Below the pieces are notes generated by a model, which did no database searches, was not told the origin of the DNA, and saw only the letters and a list, made by a program, of their open reading frames with translations. Positions 18,503 to 28,637 of a stretch of DNA of 64,000 nucleotides are shown in pieces. The translations under genes were made by a program, and so were the position numbers. Origin of the DNA: an uncultured Planctomycetia bacterium (GTDB lineage: Bacteria; Omnitrophota; Gorgyraeia; 2-02-FULL-51-18); contig CAZXLF010000002.1 in NCBI GenBank assembly GCA_964642015.1, positions 2,717 to 66,716 of the forward strand, read 5' to 3'. The first letter of the stretch is position 1; the number at the start of each line of letters is the position of its first letter.

Positions 18503-20471
18503 AAATATTCCGGTCGGTAACGGTTCACTGCTCGTGATGTTCGATGAAAATTATTTGATCAGGGACCTGTATTTCCCGCACGTCGGTTCGGAAAATCACA
18601 CGATAGGACATCCTTTCAGATTTGCCGTGTGGGTAGACGGCCAATTCAGCGAAATGGGCCCCGAATGGCAAAAAGAATTGCGTTATTTGGACGACGGCTT
18701 GACGACCGAGGTGAAGGCTAAAAACGACAGACTCGGCATTGAGCTTGTTTGCTCCGACGCGGTGGATTTTCATCTGAATGTTTATATCAAGAAAATTACC
18801 GTAAAAAATCTAAGGAACCAGGCTAGGGATCTACGCTTATTTTTCAGCCACGATTTTCATATTTCAGGAAACGAAGTCGGCGATACGGCCAATTATGACC
18901 CCAGAAATCAGGCGCTGATCCATTACAAAGACAAACGGTATTTTTTGATCAATTGTTGTAATGAAAAAAAATACGGCGTCGAGCATTTCGCCTGCGGGCT
19001 TAAAGAAACTCAGGGGTTGGAAGGGACTTGGAGAGATGCCGAGGACGGCGTACTTTCCGGTAGCGCCGTGGCTCAGGGTTCCGTGGACTCGACGGCAGGA
19101 ATAAATGTACCGTTGGCCGCCAACTCATCGGCAACCGCTTATTATTGGATATGCGCCGGAAAAAATTATCAGGAAGTGATAGCGTTGAATAAAACTGTCC
19201 AAGAAAAAACGCCTGAACTCCTGCTGAGCCGCACGTCGAATTATTGGAAACTCTGGATCAGCAAAGAATTGTGCCCCGACGGTGAAATGCTTTCACAGAA
19301 AATTTTTCAGCTTCTCAAAAGAAGCCTTCTCATCATACGTACTCAAATAGACAACGACGGCGCGGTCATTGCCGCCAATGACACAGATATCCTGGCTTTT
19401 TCCAGAGATACATACTCTTATATGTGGCCGAGAGACGGCGCTTTTGTGACGGCCTCGCTGATCGAAGCCGGCTATTCGGAAGCCTCCAGAAAATTTTTTA
19501 ATTTTTGTAACAATCTCATCGATCCGGATGGTTTTTTCCTCCACAAATTCAGTCCTGACGGTTCTGTAGGCAGCACTTGGCACGCTTGGTGGAGGGACGG
19601 GCATCATGAACTTGCGATCCAGGAAGATGAGACCGCGCTCGTGCTATGGGCGCTTTGGCGCCATTTTGACCGTTTTCATGATGTGGAATTTATCAAACCG
19701 CTTTATCGCAATATGATCATACGCGCAGCGGAGTTCATGGTGCGTTATCGTGACGAGAAAACAAAACTTCCGCAGCCTTCCTACGATTTATGGGAAGAAC
19801 GCCGCGGTGTGCACACTTTTACGGTTTCAACGGTTTTTGCCGGCCTCACGGCCGCGGCGAATTTTGCCGAGGCCTTCGGAGAAAATGATCTGTCCGCCAA
19901 ATATCGCGCGGCGGCGCAGGAGATAAAGCAATCAATGAAACAGTATATGTTTCATAAAGACTTGAACCGCTTTGCCAAGATAGCTAACCCAAATCAGGCC
20001 AACGGAAAATATGATCTTGATATGACGATTGACGCGAGCCTTATCGGCTTGTGGTACTTTGGCGTTTTTGCTCCGGAGGATCCGTTGGTGGCGTCTACCA
20101 TGAAAGCCGTTTATGATAGGCTTTGGGTAAAAATAGGCGCGGGAGGCATGGCCCGGTACGAAAATGACGCTTATTATCAGGTCGAGAAGAATGACATTCA
20201 GAACGTCCCGGGAAATCCTTGGTTTATCTGCACGCTTTGGTGGGCGCAGTATTTAATCGCAAAGGCCAAAACAAAAGAAGATTTAAAAGAACCTTTCCGA
20301 ATTCTTGAATGGGCCGCGGATCATGCGATGCCTTCGGGTGTGTTGGCTGAACAGGTCCATCCGCGAACGGATGCGCCTCTTTCGGTCTCTCCTCTAACCT
20401 GGAGTCACGCGGCATATGTGCTCGCTGTGTTTGAATATGTCGATCGTACGAATTGTATCAACGCTAAATAA
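18495..20471 (+). CDS. Glycoside hydrolase family 15 (glucoamylase/trehalase-like)
   Basis: YSYMWPRDG, QEDET, YDLWEE, LAEQV, SPLTWSHA motifs. Confidence 0.9.
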   Translation: MPRNIPVGNGSLLVMFDENYLIRDLYFPHVGSENHTIGHPFRFAVWVDGQFSEMGPEWQKELRYLDDGLTTEVKAKNDRLGIELVCSDAVDFHLNVYIKKITVKNLRNQARDLRLFFSHDFHISGNEVGDTANYDPRNQALIHYKDKRYFLINCCNEKKYGVEHFACGLKETQGLEGTWRDAEDGVLSGSAVAQGSVDSTAGINVPLAANSSATAYYWICAGKNYQEVIALNKTVQEKTPELLLSRTSNYWKLWISKELCPDGEMLSQKIFQLLKRSLLIIRTQIDNDGAVIAANDTDILAFSRDTYSYMWPRDGAFVTASLIEAGYSEASRKFFNFCNNLIDPDGFFLHKFSPDGSVGSTWHAWWRDGHHELAIQEDETALVLWALWRHFDRFHDVEFIKPLYRNMIIRAAEFMVRYRDEKTKLPQPSYDLWEERRGVHTFTVSTVFAGLTAAANFAEAFGENDLSAKYRAAAQEIKQSMKQYMFHKDLNRFAKIANPNQANGKYDLDMTIDASLIGLWYFGVFAPEDPLVASTMKAVYDRLWVKIGAGGMARYENDAYYQVEKNDIQNVPGNPWFICTLWWAQYLIAKAKTKEDLKEPFRILEWAADHAMPSGVLAEQVHPRTDAPLSVSPLTWSHAAYVLAVFEYVDRTNCINAK

Positions 20472-20607
20472 AAGGAAATTATCTAAAAACCTAAAAAATC
20501 CATTAGTTTAGTGAAAAATATTTTATCGCGACCTTTTAACGTATATGTTATTGATTCATACCCAACCTCAGCTATCCATATAGTGAAATTCTGATCTTTT
20601 TGTTTAA

Positions 20608-20636
20608 TTGAAGTTCTTTGCTGGGCAGGATAGAAT
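20608..20636 (+). promoter_or_regulatory. Sigma70-type promoter upstream of tRNA-His 5' fragment 2
   Basis: TTGAAG-N17-TAGAAT, homologous to 15243..15271. Confidence 0.55.
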
Positions 20637-20724
20637 ACGGTTTTTCTATGGTGGGCGCCTGCCTGCCGGCTGGCAGGTAAAGCGTCGGCGGACTTCACAG
20701 CGCGTGTCGATTTTGAAAGAATTT

Positions 20725-20767
20725 GGTGGGCGTAGCTCAGCTTGGTTTGAGCGTCTGACTGCGGCTC
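20725..20767 (+). pseudogene. tRNA-His 5' half, second copy (anticodon drifted to GCG); candidate att site
   Basis: GGTGGGCGTAGCTCAGCTTGGTTTGAGCGTCTGACTGCGGCTC; upstream 20650..20724 is shared with 22907..22997. Confidence 0.85.
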
Positions 20768-21006
20768 TGCCCAGAGCTTTATCACCATTTCATTTAGTTT
20801 GATTTTCATTCACAATCTCTCGAAACACGACTCCGCCATTTACCACCAATTACGTGGTTTGATACACTGTTTGCTACTATAGTGCCACTGGTTTATAACT
20901 TGCAGTTAGCGCAGGGCGAGATGAGGATATACAATAGGAGTTCGATTTGATAAAATCTATTTTCATCAAAATATTTTTTAAGGGGTATATTTGATCTATT
21001 AAATCC

Positions 21007-21288
21007 ATGAAATTAAAATATCCCTTTTTTCTCACAGTACCTTTTCTCTTAATATCCAATACTATTTATGCTGAAAAACAAAACACACAGGAGGATTTGT
21101 ATTCTGGGATAAAAAAGGATATCGGCGATCCTGACCGCCCTTTTCAGGTAAAGTTGAACGAATATAATGCCTATTTTTCTACGGGTGAAGAGGCGAATGC
21201 GGATCAAGATGATTCAGAGGAAATTGCAATAAAAGACCCAGATAAAACGTCCCCTTATTTTGAAGTAGGTCTCAGGAAAAAATATTAG
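21007..21288 (+). CDS. Small secreted hypothetical protein
   Basis: Signal-peptide-like N-terminus ending IYA; acidic mature region; co-oriented with the next gene. Confidence 0.6.
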   Translation: MKLKYPFFLTVPFLLISNTIYAEKQNTQEDLYSGIKKDIGDPDRPFQVKLNEYNAYFSTGEEANADQDDSEEIAIKDPDKTSPYFEVGLRKKY

Positions 21289-21307
21289 ATAATTAAAAAC
21301 AAGATAA

Positions 21308-22624
21308 ATGTTAACCAAATTTATTGATAGTATAACTTCCAAGGCATCACCTCAAAAGGTTGGCCAGCGTCTCAGGAGTACTCCGCGTAGCTATTTTGAT
21401 TGGAGAAAAGAAAAGAGCTTTAAAGCCGTCGTGAAATATGCCTATAAAAACTCGCCGTTCTATAAACGTAAATTTGAAGAGTTTAAGATTGATCCTAATA
21501 AAGTAAAAAAACCGGAAGATTTGGGTAATTTTTACACTGTTCCGGAAGATATCATTAACTTTGCCGAGGAATTTTTATGTCAAAAACCTCATATTGTTTT
21601 CGAATCTTCGGGAACCACAGGAAAGAATAAAAGGATTTATTTCACACAAGAAGAGCTGAATAACATCGGTAAATACAATGCCATCGGTTTATACGGTTTG
21701 GGTCTTTCCCCGGAAGATCGCATTGTCAATGCTTTTGATTTTTGTGTTTGGATTCCAGGAATGGTTACCCATAAAGGCATAGAGAGAGCTAAGATTTTCT
21801 GCATGGCCGCCGGAAAGATCGAACCGATGGAAGTATATAAACGAATACCCATTTACAAATTTAATGTCGTAATGGGAGAACCGACCTGGCTTATCAAACT
21901 GACCGAGTTAGCGGAAAAGCACGGTTCTCATCCTTTAAAAATGATCATCGGCGGTGCAGAGGCGATGCCGGAAGCGGCCAGGCCCTGGATGGAGAAAGTG
22001 TGGCAGGGAGCTAAAGTTCGTATGGCTTATGGAACAGTCGAGTCGGGCGGTACCCTTGCATTTGAACTTGATCCCGTATGCAAGGCCTATCACGTTAATG
22101 AAAACAATTTTTATGTGGAAATATTCAATCCTGATGAGAACGGTTTTGGAGAAGTCGTCTTTACGACATTAGACAGGACAACAATGCCACTCATTCGGTA
22201 TAGAAATCGCGATATCAGCAAGATCATAGAAGAAAAATGCTACTGCGGACTGTCTTACCGAAAACTGGAGAAGATTCGCGGGCGTACCGATGAGATGGTT
22301 GTTGCGTCCGGTGGCAACTTGTATCCGCTCATGTTTCAAGAGATTTTAAAAGATATTCCAGGAATATCGAATGATTGGCAAGTCATTTTTATGCTGAAAG
22401 GGATCAAAGAAGTCATGCAGTTTCATTTAGAAACCCACACAATGAATGGTGCCAATAAGATCCTGGAAGAAAAGATTTTTGAGAATATCCAAAGGCTTTA
22501 CCCCGATCTTTGGAAGAATTATATGTTAGGGATTTTTAAGATCGATTTTGCTTACCATTTGCCAAACAGTATTCGCACTCAAAGAAAAATGGTTCGTTTG
22601 GTCGATAGACGATATGTCGACTGA
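21308..22624 (+). CDS. Phenylacetate-CoA ligase (PaaK)-like adenylate-forming enzyme
   Basis: ESSGTTGK P-loop, GGAE, YGTVE, GEVVFTTL....MPLIRYR..D, GRTDEM. Confidence 0.85.
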   Translation: MLTKFIDSITSKASPQKVGQRLRSTPRSYFDWRKEKSFKAVVKYAYKNSPFYKRKFEEFKIDPNKVKKPEDLGNFYTVPEDIINFAEEFLCQKPHIVFESSGTTGKNKRIYFTQEELNNIGKYNAIGLYGLGLSPEDRIVNAFDFCVWIPGMVTHKGIERAKIFCMAAGKIEPMEVYKRIPIYKFNVVMGEPTWLIKLTELAEKHGSHPLKMIIGGAEAMPEAARPWMEKVWQGAKVRMAYGTVESGGTLAFELDPVCKAYHVNENNFYVEIFNPDENGFGEVVFTTLDRTTMPLIRYRNRDISKIIEEKCYCGLSYRKLEKIRGRTDEMVVASGGNLYPLMFQEILKDIPGISNDWQVIFMLKGIKEVMQFHLETHTMNGANKILEEKIFENIQRLYPDLWKNYMLGIFKIDFAYHLPNSIRTQRKMVRLVDRRYVD

Positions 22625-22824
22625 AAAAGATTTATTTATATTCTATCCAGTATTTTTTTTGATGCTGTGAATGAGAGTGACATTTGTCATCCGAATCAGA
22701 GTCAGACGACGCTCTAAAGACTGTTTTATATTTTACCGTAACTCGTTCTAAACTCAGAAAGAGAATGCGTTAAGTAGTTTGGTCTAACTCTCGCCTAACA
22801 CAATAAGCCCCACCAAATAGGTAA

Positions 22825-22853
22825 TTGACCTTCAAAGGCAAAATCAATAGAAT
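22825..22853 (+). promoter_or_regulatory. Sigma70-type promoter for the intact tRNA-His
   Basis: TTGACC-N17-TAGAAT. Confidence 0.6.
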
Positions 22854-22997
22854 ACCAATGCTACCCGAACACTTTTTTCAACATTCTTTTTTAGTTTAGG
22901 TTTTTTGGTGGGCGCCTGCCTGCCGGCAGGCAGGCAGTTCAGCCCGCCACTAAAGCGTCGGCGGACTTCGCAGCGCGTGTCGATTTTGAAAGAATTT

Positions 22998-23076
22998 GGT
23001 GGGCGTAGCTCAGCTTGGTTAGAGCGTCTGACTGTGGCTCAGAAGGTCGCGAGTTCAAATCTCGTCGCCCACCCCA
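22998..23076 (+). tRNA. tRNA-His (GTG), with G-1 and CCA encoded
   Basis: G-GTGGGCG/CGCCCAC-C acceptor stem, TCTGA-CTGTGGC-TCAGA anticodon arm, GTTCAAATC T-loop, CCA. Confidence 0.95.
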
Positions 23077-23301
23077 GATTTTGAAGCTGATTTTTTATTT
23101 CTACCCCAAAATCCATAGTGGGTTTTAGGATTTGAAGAGAGCGCCAAAATTAGCGAACGGTCCTGACCCAGCCCGCCTGCCGGAAGACGGGGAGCCGAGG
23201 TGCACTGCCTGAATTGTAAATAGTGAAGGCAGAGAATAAAAAAGATCTCACCCGAGGTCTTGCGGCTGTGATTATAATGCGAGGCTCTAAGTCGGCGGCA
23301 A

Positions 23302-25557
23302 TCAGTTCTTTTTATCGAGAATTTCGCGGATGATAAGCAGAAGTTCGGCGTGTGTATAAGGTTTTTGTATAAAGCGACAGCCTTTATCCAGCCATTTTTG
23401 CACGACGCTCTGGTCGGAATAACCCGAAGTGAAGAGGATCTTCATTTCGGGGTATTTTTTGAACACATTTTCTGCCAGTTCGTTTCCGCCCATTTGAGGC
23501 ATCACCATATCGGTGAAGATCAGTTTTGGCGCAGACACGTGGCCGCTCAATATTTTTAACGCTTCGAGCCCGGTAGAAGCTTCTTCCACTTGAAAACCCT
23601 GATGAGTGAGGATTTGAAAAGCCAGCGTGCGGACAAGCTCTTCATCCTCTACGATAAGGATAGACTCAATGCCGCGTGGCAACGGCGAAGAAGCCGTAGT
23701 TTCTTTTTTATCTATTTTTTCATCGGAAGGCGGTAGATAGACAAGGAACGCAGTGCCTTTACCGACCTCGCTTTCGGCATAGATGTAACCTCTTGACTGT
23801 TTGACGATACCGTATACGGTCGCAAGACCCAAACCGGTGCCTTTACCTTTTTCCTTTGTCGTAAAAAAAGGCTCGAACAAATGTGATTTGACCTCGGAAG
23901 GAATGCCGCAACCCGTATCTTTTATTTTCAATAAAACATAATCTCCAGGGATCATGCCCATGTAGTGTGCAGCGGTTTTAGAGTCGACCGCCGTTTCCGA
24001 AGTCTCAATGATAAGCTTCCCTCCGTTCGGCATCGCATCTCGGGCGTTCACGACTAAGTTCATCAGAACTTGTTCGATCTGAGCGGGGTCCACTTTGATC
24101 GGTTTCAAATTCTCATTCAGAATAACGACCATCTCAATATCTTCGCGTAATAACCGGCGGAGGAGTTTATCGGTATTTCGAATGATCTCGTTCAAATCCA
24201 TCACTTTGATCTGGAAGATCTGTTTACGGCTGAACGCCAGAAGCTGGCGCGTGAGGTTCGCGGCACGATCCCCGGTCTTCCGTATTTCTTGAACATAGTT
24301 CAGAATAGGACTTTCAGGAGTTATTTTGGAAAGCAAAAGGTCGCAGTTGCCGAGAACAATTGTCAAAAGATTATTGAAATCGTGGGCAACCCCGCCGGCC
24401 AACCGTCCGACCGCCTCCATTTTTTGCGCTTGTCTGAATTGAGCCTCCAGCTTTTTATCGGATGAAATGTCCTGCTTGATCGCTATGAAATGCGTAATTT
24501 TATTCTCGGCGTCTTTAACAGGAGTAATCGTTTGTTTTTCAAAATAAAGCGAGCTATCTTTTCGGCGATTGATCAACTCGCCGGTCCATGTATTTCCGGC
24601 AAGGATCGTTGCCCATAATTGTTTGTACAGCTCAGGTGATTGCTCTCCGGATTTCAGGATGCGCGGTGTTTTTCCGACAGCTTCCTCAAAAGAGTAGCCC
24701 GTCATATTTGTGAAAGAGATATTTACCCATAGGATCACGCCATGCACGTCCGTGATCACGATCCCGTTCGATGCCGCTTCGAGCGTTTTCGATTGAAGGG
24801 CCATCTTCTCTTCATTTGTTTTGCGCTCGGTGATGTCGCGCGCGATGCCTGTGATGCTTTCAACTTCGCCGTTTGGATCTAAAATGGGGATCAATTTGGT
24901 GCTGAGCCATCTCTCACCGGTAGGGAACAAAAGTTTTTCTTCTAAGTGATATGATTTCTTGGATTGTATTACGGTCTCAAAATTTTTCTTTATCCATAGA
25001 TAATCTTTTTCAGAGAAGATCTCACTTAAATATTTTCCGATCACCTGATCCGGAGGCGCCTTGAACAAGCTTGCGGAAAAAGTGTTGGCGTAGATTATAC
25101 GGCAATCTTTTCTGCATTGAAAGATCGCATCTTCGGCCGATTCGGTTAGTGTTTTATACCGTTGCTCGCTTTCTGATAAAGCATTTTGCATTTTTTTTCT
25201 GTGTTCTATATCTCTGAGTACGATCAGTATTTCTGAATCGCCATCATCATATTTGATCAGCTGGGAATGGACTTCATAGGGATGTCGGGAACCATCTTTA
25301 AATATAAACTCCATTTCATACGGAGGCCTTTCTTTCTGGACCAATGTCAGCGCAAATTCACTCATTGCTTTTGGAAGTGACAATGCTGAAATGACACCGG
25401 CTGTGGCAAACGAGTGTCCAACCAGCTCAGAGGAGGAGTAGCCGGAAATTTTTTCAGCCTGGTGATTTAGACTTTTTATGGACCCGTTAGAAGCGAGCAC
25501 TACGATGGGGTCCGGCGCTGAAAATAGCAGTTTTTCGTACCGATCGTTTTTATTCAT
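23302..25557 (-). CDS. Multi-PAS hybrid sensor histidine kinase with receiver domain (CckA-like architecture)
   Basis: Three PAS/PAC repeats, QAQKMEAVGRLAGGVAHDFNN H-box, NLVVNARDAM, FEPFFTTK, GTGLGL, C-terminal REC domain. Confidence 0.95.
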   Translation of the reverse strand: MNKNDRYEKLLFSAPDPIVVLASNGSIKSLNHQAEKISGYSSSELVGHSFATAGVISALSLPKAMSEFALTLVQKERPPYEMEFIFKDGSRHPYEVHSQLIKYDDGDSEILIVLRDIEHRKKMQNALSESEQRYKTLTESAEDAIFQCRKDCRIIYANTFSASLFKAPPDQVIGKYLSEIFSEKDYLWIKKNFETVIQSKKSYHLEEKLLFPTGERWLSTKLIPILDPNGEVESITGIARDITERKTNEEKMALQSKTLEAASNGIVITDVHGVILWVNISFTNMTGYSFEEAVGKTPRILKSGEQSPELYKQLWATILAGNTWTGELINRRKDSSLYFEKQTITPVKDAENKITHFIAIKQDISSDKKLEAQFRQAQKMEAVGRLAGGVAHDFNNLLTIVLGNCDLLLSKITPESPILNYVQEIRKTGDRAANLTRQLLAFSRKQIFQIKVMDLNEIIRNTDKLLRRLLREDIEMVVILNENLKPIKVDPAQIEQVLMNLVVNARDAMPNGGKLIIETSETAVDSKTAAHYMGMIPGDYVLLKIKDTGCGIPSEVKSHLFEPFFTTKEKGKGTGLGLATVYGIVKQSRGYIYAESEVGKGTAFLVYLPPSDEKIDKKETTASSPLPRGIESILIVEDEELVRTLAFQILTHQGFQVEEASTGLEALKILSGHVSAPKLIFTDMVMPQMGGNELAENVFKKYPEMKILFTSGYSDQSVVQKWLDKGCRFIQKPYTHAELLLIIREILDKKN

Positions 25558-25707
25558 ACAAATTTTCAGATAGAACGGCGATTATTGTATTATGAATTAT
25601 AAATGCTATACTATATTAATATATTTTAACAAAAAGCAAAAGATAGCATATTATACTACATTATAATAAGTAAACAGAGCTAAATCAACAGCCAAACTAT
25701 TATTCAA

Positions 25708-26487
25708 ATGGTAGAGACTGACCCAAAAAAAGATCTGTTAACCGACGAATCAGAAAAAACCAAAATATTGTGGTTTTTGGGCCTGTTATCAATTTGCACG
25801 ACACCGATCTTTATCTATGGATATTCCAAATGGGGGGCGCCGGCTGCGAGCTTCGCCGTCCTTTTGTCGGTACCGTTTTTTTTACTCAATTATATTATAT
25901 GGCGTATTTTTCATTCTTCGGCTTTTGCCGGTAATTTTATCATTGCGATAGGTTATTTTTTATTTTTGGCCATCTCTATCTATACCGGAGGTGTGGATTC
26001 ACCGGCAATCATATGGACAGTCGCTATACCCATGGTCGCGACGACTATTTGCGGTCTAAGATCGGGATTTGTCTGGTTTGTGCTGGTGGTTCTAAAGATC
26101 GGTATTTTAGAATGGATGGATTTTCACGGGAACCATTTTATACATGAGATCCCCGAAGGAAGGGAGTTAGATATAGCTTTTTGCGTTAATACGATAGCGG
26201 TCGTATTTTTTACTTTTTTTATTTCCGCAAGTTCCGAATTTTATAAAGAAAAATATCTTAAGAGGATCAGAGAAAGCAATGAACAGCTCCAAAAAGCGTT
26301 GGATAGCATCCGCACTTTAAAAGGCCTTTTGCCGATCTGCGCCTGGTGTAAAAAGATCCGCAATGACAAGGGTTATTGGGACAAATTGGAAACGTATGTG
26401 TCCGCGAATACGGAAGCCGAATTCACGCATGGCATTTGCCCTGAGTGTTTGTCCAAGCAGATAAAGAAAGTTAATCCTGCGCTGTGA
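25708..26487 (+). CDS. Membrane protein with C-terminal Cys/His domain (LLPICAWCKKIR...GYW...THGICPEC)
   Basis: About 6 TM segments, a coiled coil and a CxxC...HGICxxC tail. Confidence 0.75.
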   Translation: MVETDPKKDLLTDESEKTKILWFLGLLSICTTPIFIYGYSKWGAPAASFAVLLSVPFFLLNYIIWRIFHSSAFAGNFIIAIGYFLFLAISIYTGGVDSPAIIWTVAIPMVATTICGLRSGFVWFVLVVLKIGILEWMDFHGNHFIHEIPEGRELDIAFCVNTIAVVFFTFFISASSEFYKEKYLKRIRESNEQLQKALDSIRTLKGLLPICAWCKKIRNDKGYWDKLETYVSANTEAEFTHGICPECLSKQIKKVNPAL

Positions 26488-26506
26488 AAATCAAGGCTGA
26501 GTTCTA

Positions 26507-27043
26507 ATGGACAAAAGCGTTATGAACGGAGAGGCGGTGTTATTGGCGCGGTGGCAGAGTGAAGACGACCCTGCCGCGCTGAGGTCATTGTTGCAGCGTT
26601 ACCTGAAATCAAGTTACGCGTTAATATTGAATCTCACCGGCTGTGACCGGAATACAGCTTATGAATTTACCGCCTCAATTCTCGCCAAAAGCATAGAATC
26701 CCTCAATAGTTCTTCTCATGCCTTTTTTCTGCCGGCGTTGCAACTGCTGGTGGATGAATGTTCTCGGATCAGTCCGGCCGCTTTTTTCGATTCCTCACAG
26801 TTTTTGAGTTTACCGCCAGAAAAACGCGAGTCTGCCAAAGTATTAAAAGAAGCGCTTTTTGCGCTGCCGTACGGATCGAGAACAATGATCTTGTTAAGAG
26901 ATCAATTGAATTTGTCTTACAAAGAGATCTCGGACGTATTAGCCATAACGGAAAGGGAAGCGCGCTCGACGACTTTTCGCATCCGCGGTGAACTGAGAGA
27001 TAAGATCGAGGAAGCTTTAAATCGTCATCGAGGAAAGCCATGA
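26507..27043 (+). CDS. ECF-type RNA polymerase sigma factor
   Basis: Region 4 pattern AL.ALP...R..ILLR....LSYKEISDVL; overlaps a zinc anti-sigma gene. Confidence 0.75.
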   Translation: MDKSVMNGEAVLLARWQSEDDPAALRSLLQRYLKSSYALILNLTGCDRNTAYEFTASILAKSIESLNSSSHAFFLPALQLLVDECSRISPAAFFDSSQFLSLPPEKRESAKVLKEALFALPYGSRTMILLRDQLNLSYKEISDVLAITEREARSTTFRIRGELRDKIEEALNRHRGKP

Positions 27044-27855
27044 CTTGCCAGGAGACGCGTCAGAAACTGACGTCTTATTTGGAAGACCTTTTGCAGGAAA
27101 ATGAGTATCAAGAGGTCAGAGAGCATTTAAGCGAATGTTCAAAATGCAAATCATATGCAGACGCAACCGGTTCTTTATCCTACAAGATCTGGGAATTGGG
27201 TGAGGTCCCGGTACCGGAAGACCTTCTTTCGACGATCCTTTTTCGGTTAAAACATCCCGAACCCGGAAAGGTCGCACGAACAGAAATAGATCATCCGCCT
27301 CAAGCCAAGGCCAAAGCAAACCCGGTTTTGATCGGCACGTTGCTTATTTTGGGAGCTTCGACGTTTTTTTTCGCAGGAATGCATTTGAAATCGGCCACTT
27401 CTTTGGGCCGTCAATCATCCGAGACATCGCCGCCTAATATAAACATGGGTCGGTCCGCGATCTCACCACTTGAAACCACAACGGAAATGATCAAAACTAT
27501 TCTTTATGGGATGAAAGGCGCTTCAAGCGACGAGAAGATTGCCAAATTAGAAAGCATGCTGGCTGAATCAAATAAACGACCGACCTCATTAAAAGACTGG
27601 AGGCCGGTGCATTGGCACTATCATGTATCTAGTTCGAGCCAGGCGGAACTGTTGCAATTGATCCGCGATCAAGGTTTAACGATCGATTATGAGTCGTCAA
27701 AATTTTTATTATTGTATGTTCCCAAGTCCAAATTAGGGGCGTTCGACCGCGGAATGAGCGGTCTCAGCGGAATCACGACTGAGTTTAACAAATCGGAAAT
27801 AAAGAACGTGACGGACGAATCCGTGCAAGTTTCTGTTTTTATGATCGATAAATAA
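27040..27855 (+). CDS. Anti-sigma factor with zf-HC2 domain and one TM helix
   Basis: MTC......L..YLE..L.......VREHLSECSKC (C...HxxxCxxC). Confidence 0.85.
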   Translation: MTCQETRQKLTSYLEDLLQENEYQEVREHLSECSKCKSYADATGSLSYKIWELGEVPVPEDLLSTILFRLKHPEPGKVARTEIDHPPQAKAKANPVLIGTLLILGASTFFFAGMHLKSATSLGRQSSETSPPNINMGRSAISPLETTTEMIKTILYGMKGASSDEKIAKLESMLAESNKRPTSLKDWRPVHWHYHVSSSSQAELLQLIRDQGLTIDYESSKFLLLYVPKSKLGAFDRGMSGLSGITTEFNKSEIKNVTDESVQVSVFMIDK

Positions 27856-27857
27856 CC

Positions 27858-28622
27858 ATGTCGCATATACTTGTCGTTGATGATGATCTTCAGATCCGTG
27901 AATTGGCTCGCAATGTTTTAAGCGACGCAGGGCATAAGATCGTCACGGTGCCGAGTGCCGAGCAGGCGTTTGAGGAAGTTAACTCGCGTATCTTCGATCT
28001 TATTTTGCTGGATGTCAATATGTCCGGGGAATCCGGAGTCTCATTTTTAAAGAAGATCCGAGCGGCGAAAAATGCCACTCCCATCGTGGTCTATTCGGGC
28101 ATGATCACAACAGACGATGAAAAAGAACTTCGGATGGCAGGCGCAAATGAGATCATCCGAAAAGGCGAAAGCGTCGGCAAATTAACGGCACAGATCGAAA
28201 AGGTCTTGAAGGCCTCGGGACATCTGTTTCAAGAGCCGTTAAAAACTTCGGATCGAGCGATCCTGATCGTGGATGATGAACACGCGATCCGCATGCTTTT
28301 GACGAGTTTTTTCAGATCGAAAAATTTCCGGACGGTGGAGGCTGAGAACGGGCAAAAAGCCATCGAGGCGGCCCAGCGTGAAAAACCTTTGGCGGTGTTA
28401 TTGGATATTCAGATGCCTGTCATGGACGGTTTGACCACTTTGCAGAAACTTCTCCAAATTTATCCAAAATTGGGTGTGGTGATGGTTACTGCGGAACAGG
28501 ATGACGAAAAAGTTCATCGCGCGATAGATCTCGGTGCTTACGGTTACGTGATCAAACCATTTGATTTTGTTTATTTGGACCTGGTGGTCATGTCCAAACT
28601 CATTATTGCCGGAAGTTATTGA
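27858..28622 (+). CDS. Tandem double receiver-domain response regulator
   Basis: ILVVDDD..LLDVNM and ILIVDDE..LLDIQMP..YVIKPF. Confidence 0.9.
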   Translation: MSHILVVDDDLQIRELARNVLSDAGHKIVTVPSAEQAFEEVNSRIFDLILLDVNMSGESGVSFLKKIRAAKNATPIVVYSGMITTDDEKELRMAGANEIIRKGESVGKLTAQIEKVLKASGHLFQEPLKTSDRAILIVDDEHAIRMLLTSFFRSKNFRTVEAENGQKAIEAAQREKPLAVLLDIQMPVMDGLTTLQKLLQIYPKLGVVMVTAEQDDEKVHRAIDLGAYGYVIKPFDFVYLDLVVMSKLIIAGSY

Positions 28623-28637
28623 GCGAGGAGATGTGAT

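Noticed and set aside
20483-20809. 108-aa ORF resembling 15157..15384, suggesting a small protein family
   Set aside because: The similarity comes from the duplicated non-coding tRNA/REP sequence
15285-23076. Split or trans-spliced tRNA-His
   Set aside because: No separate 3' halves exist, an intact gene is present, and the halves carry disabling changes
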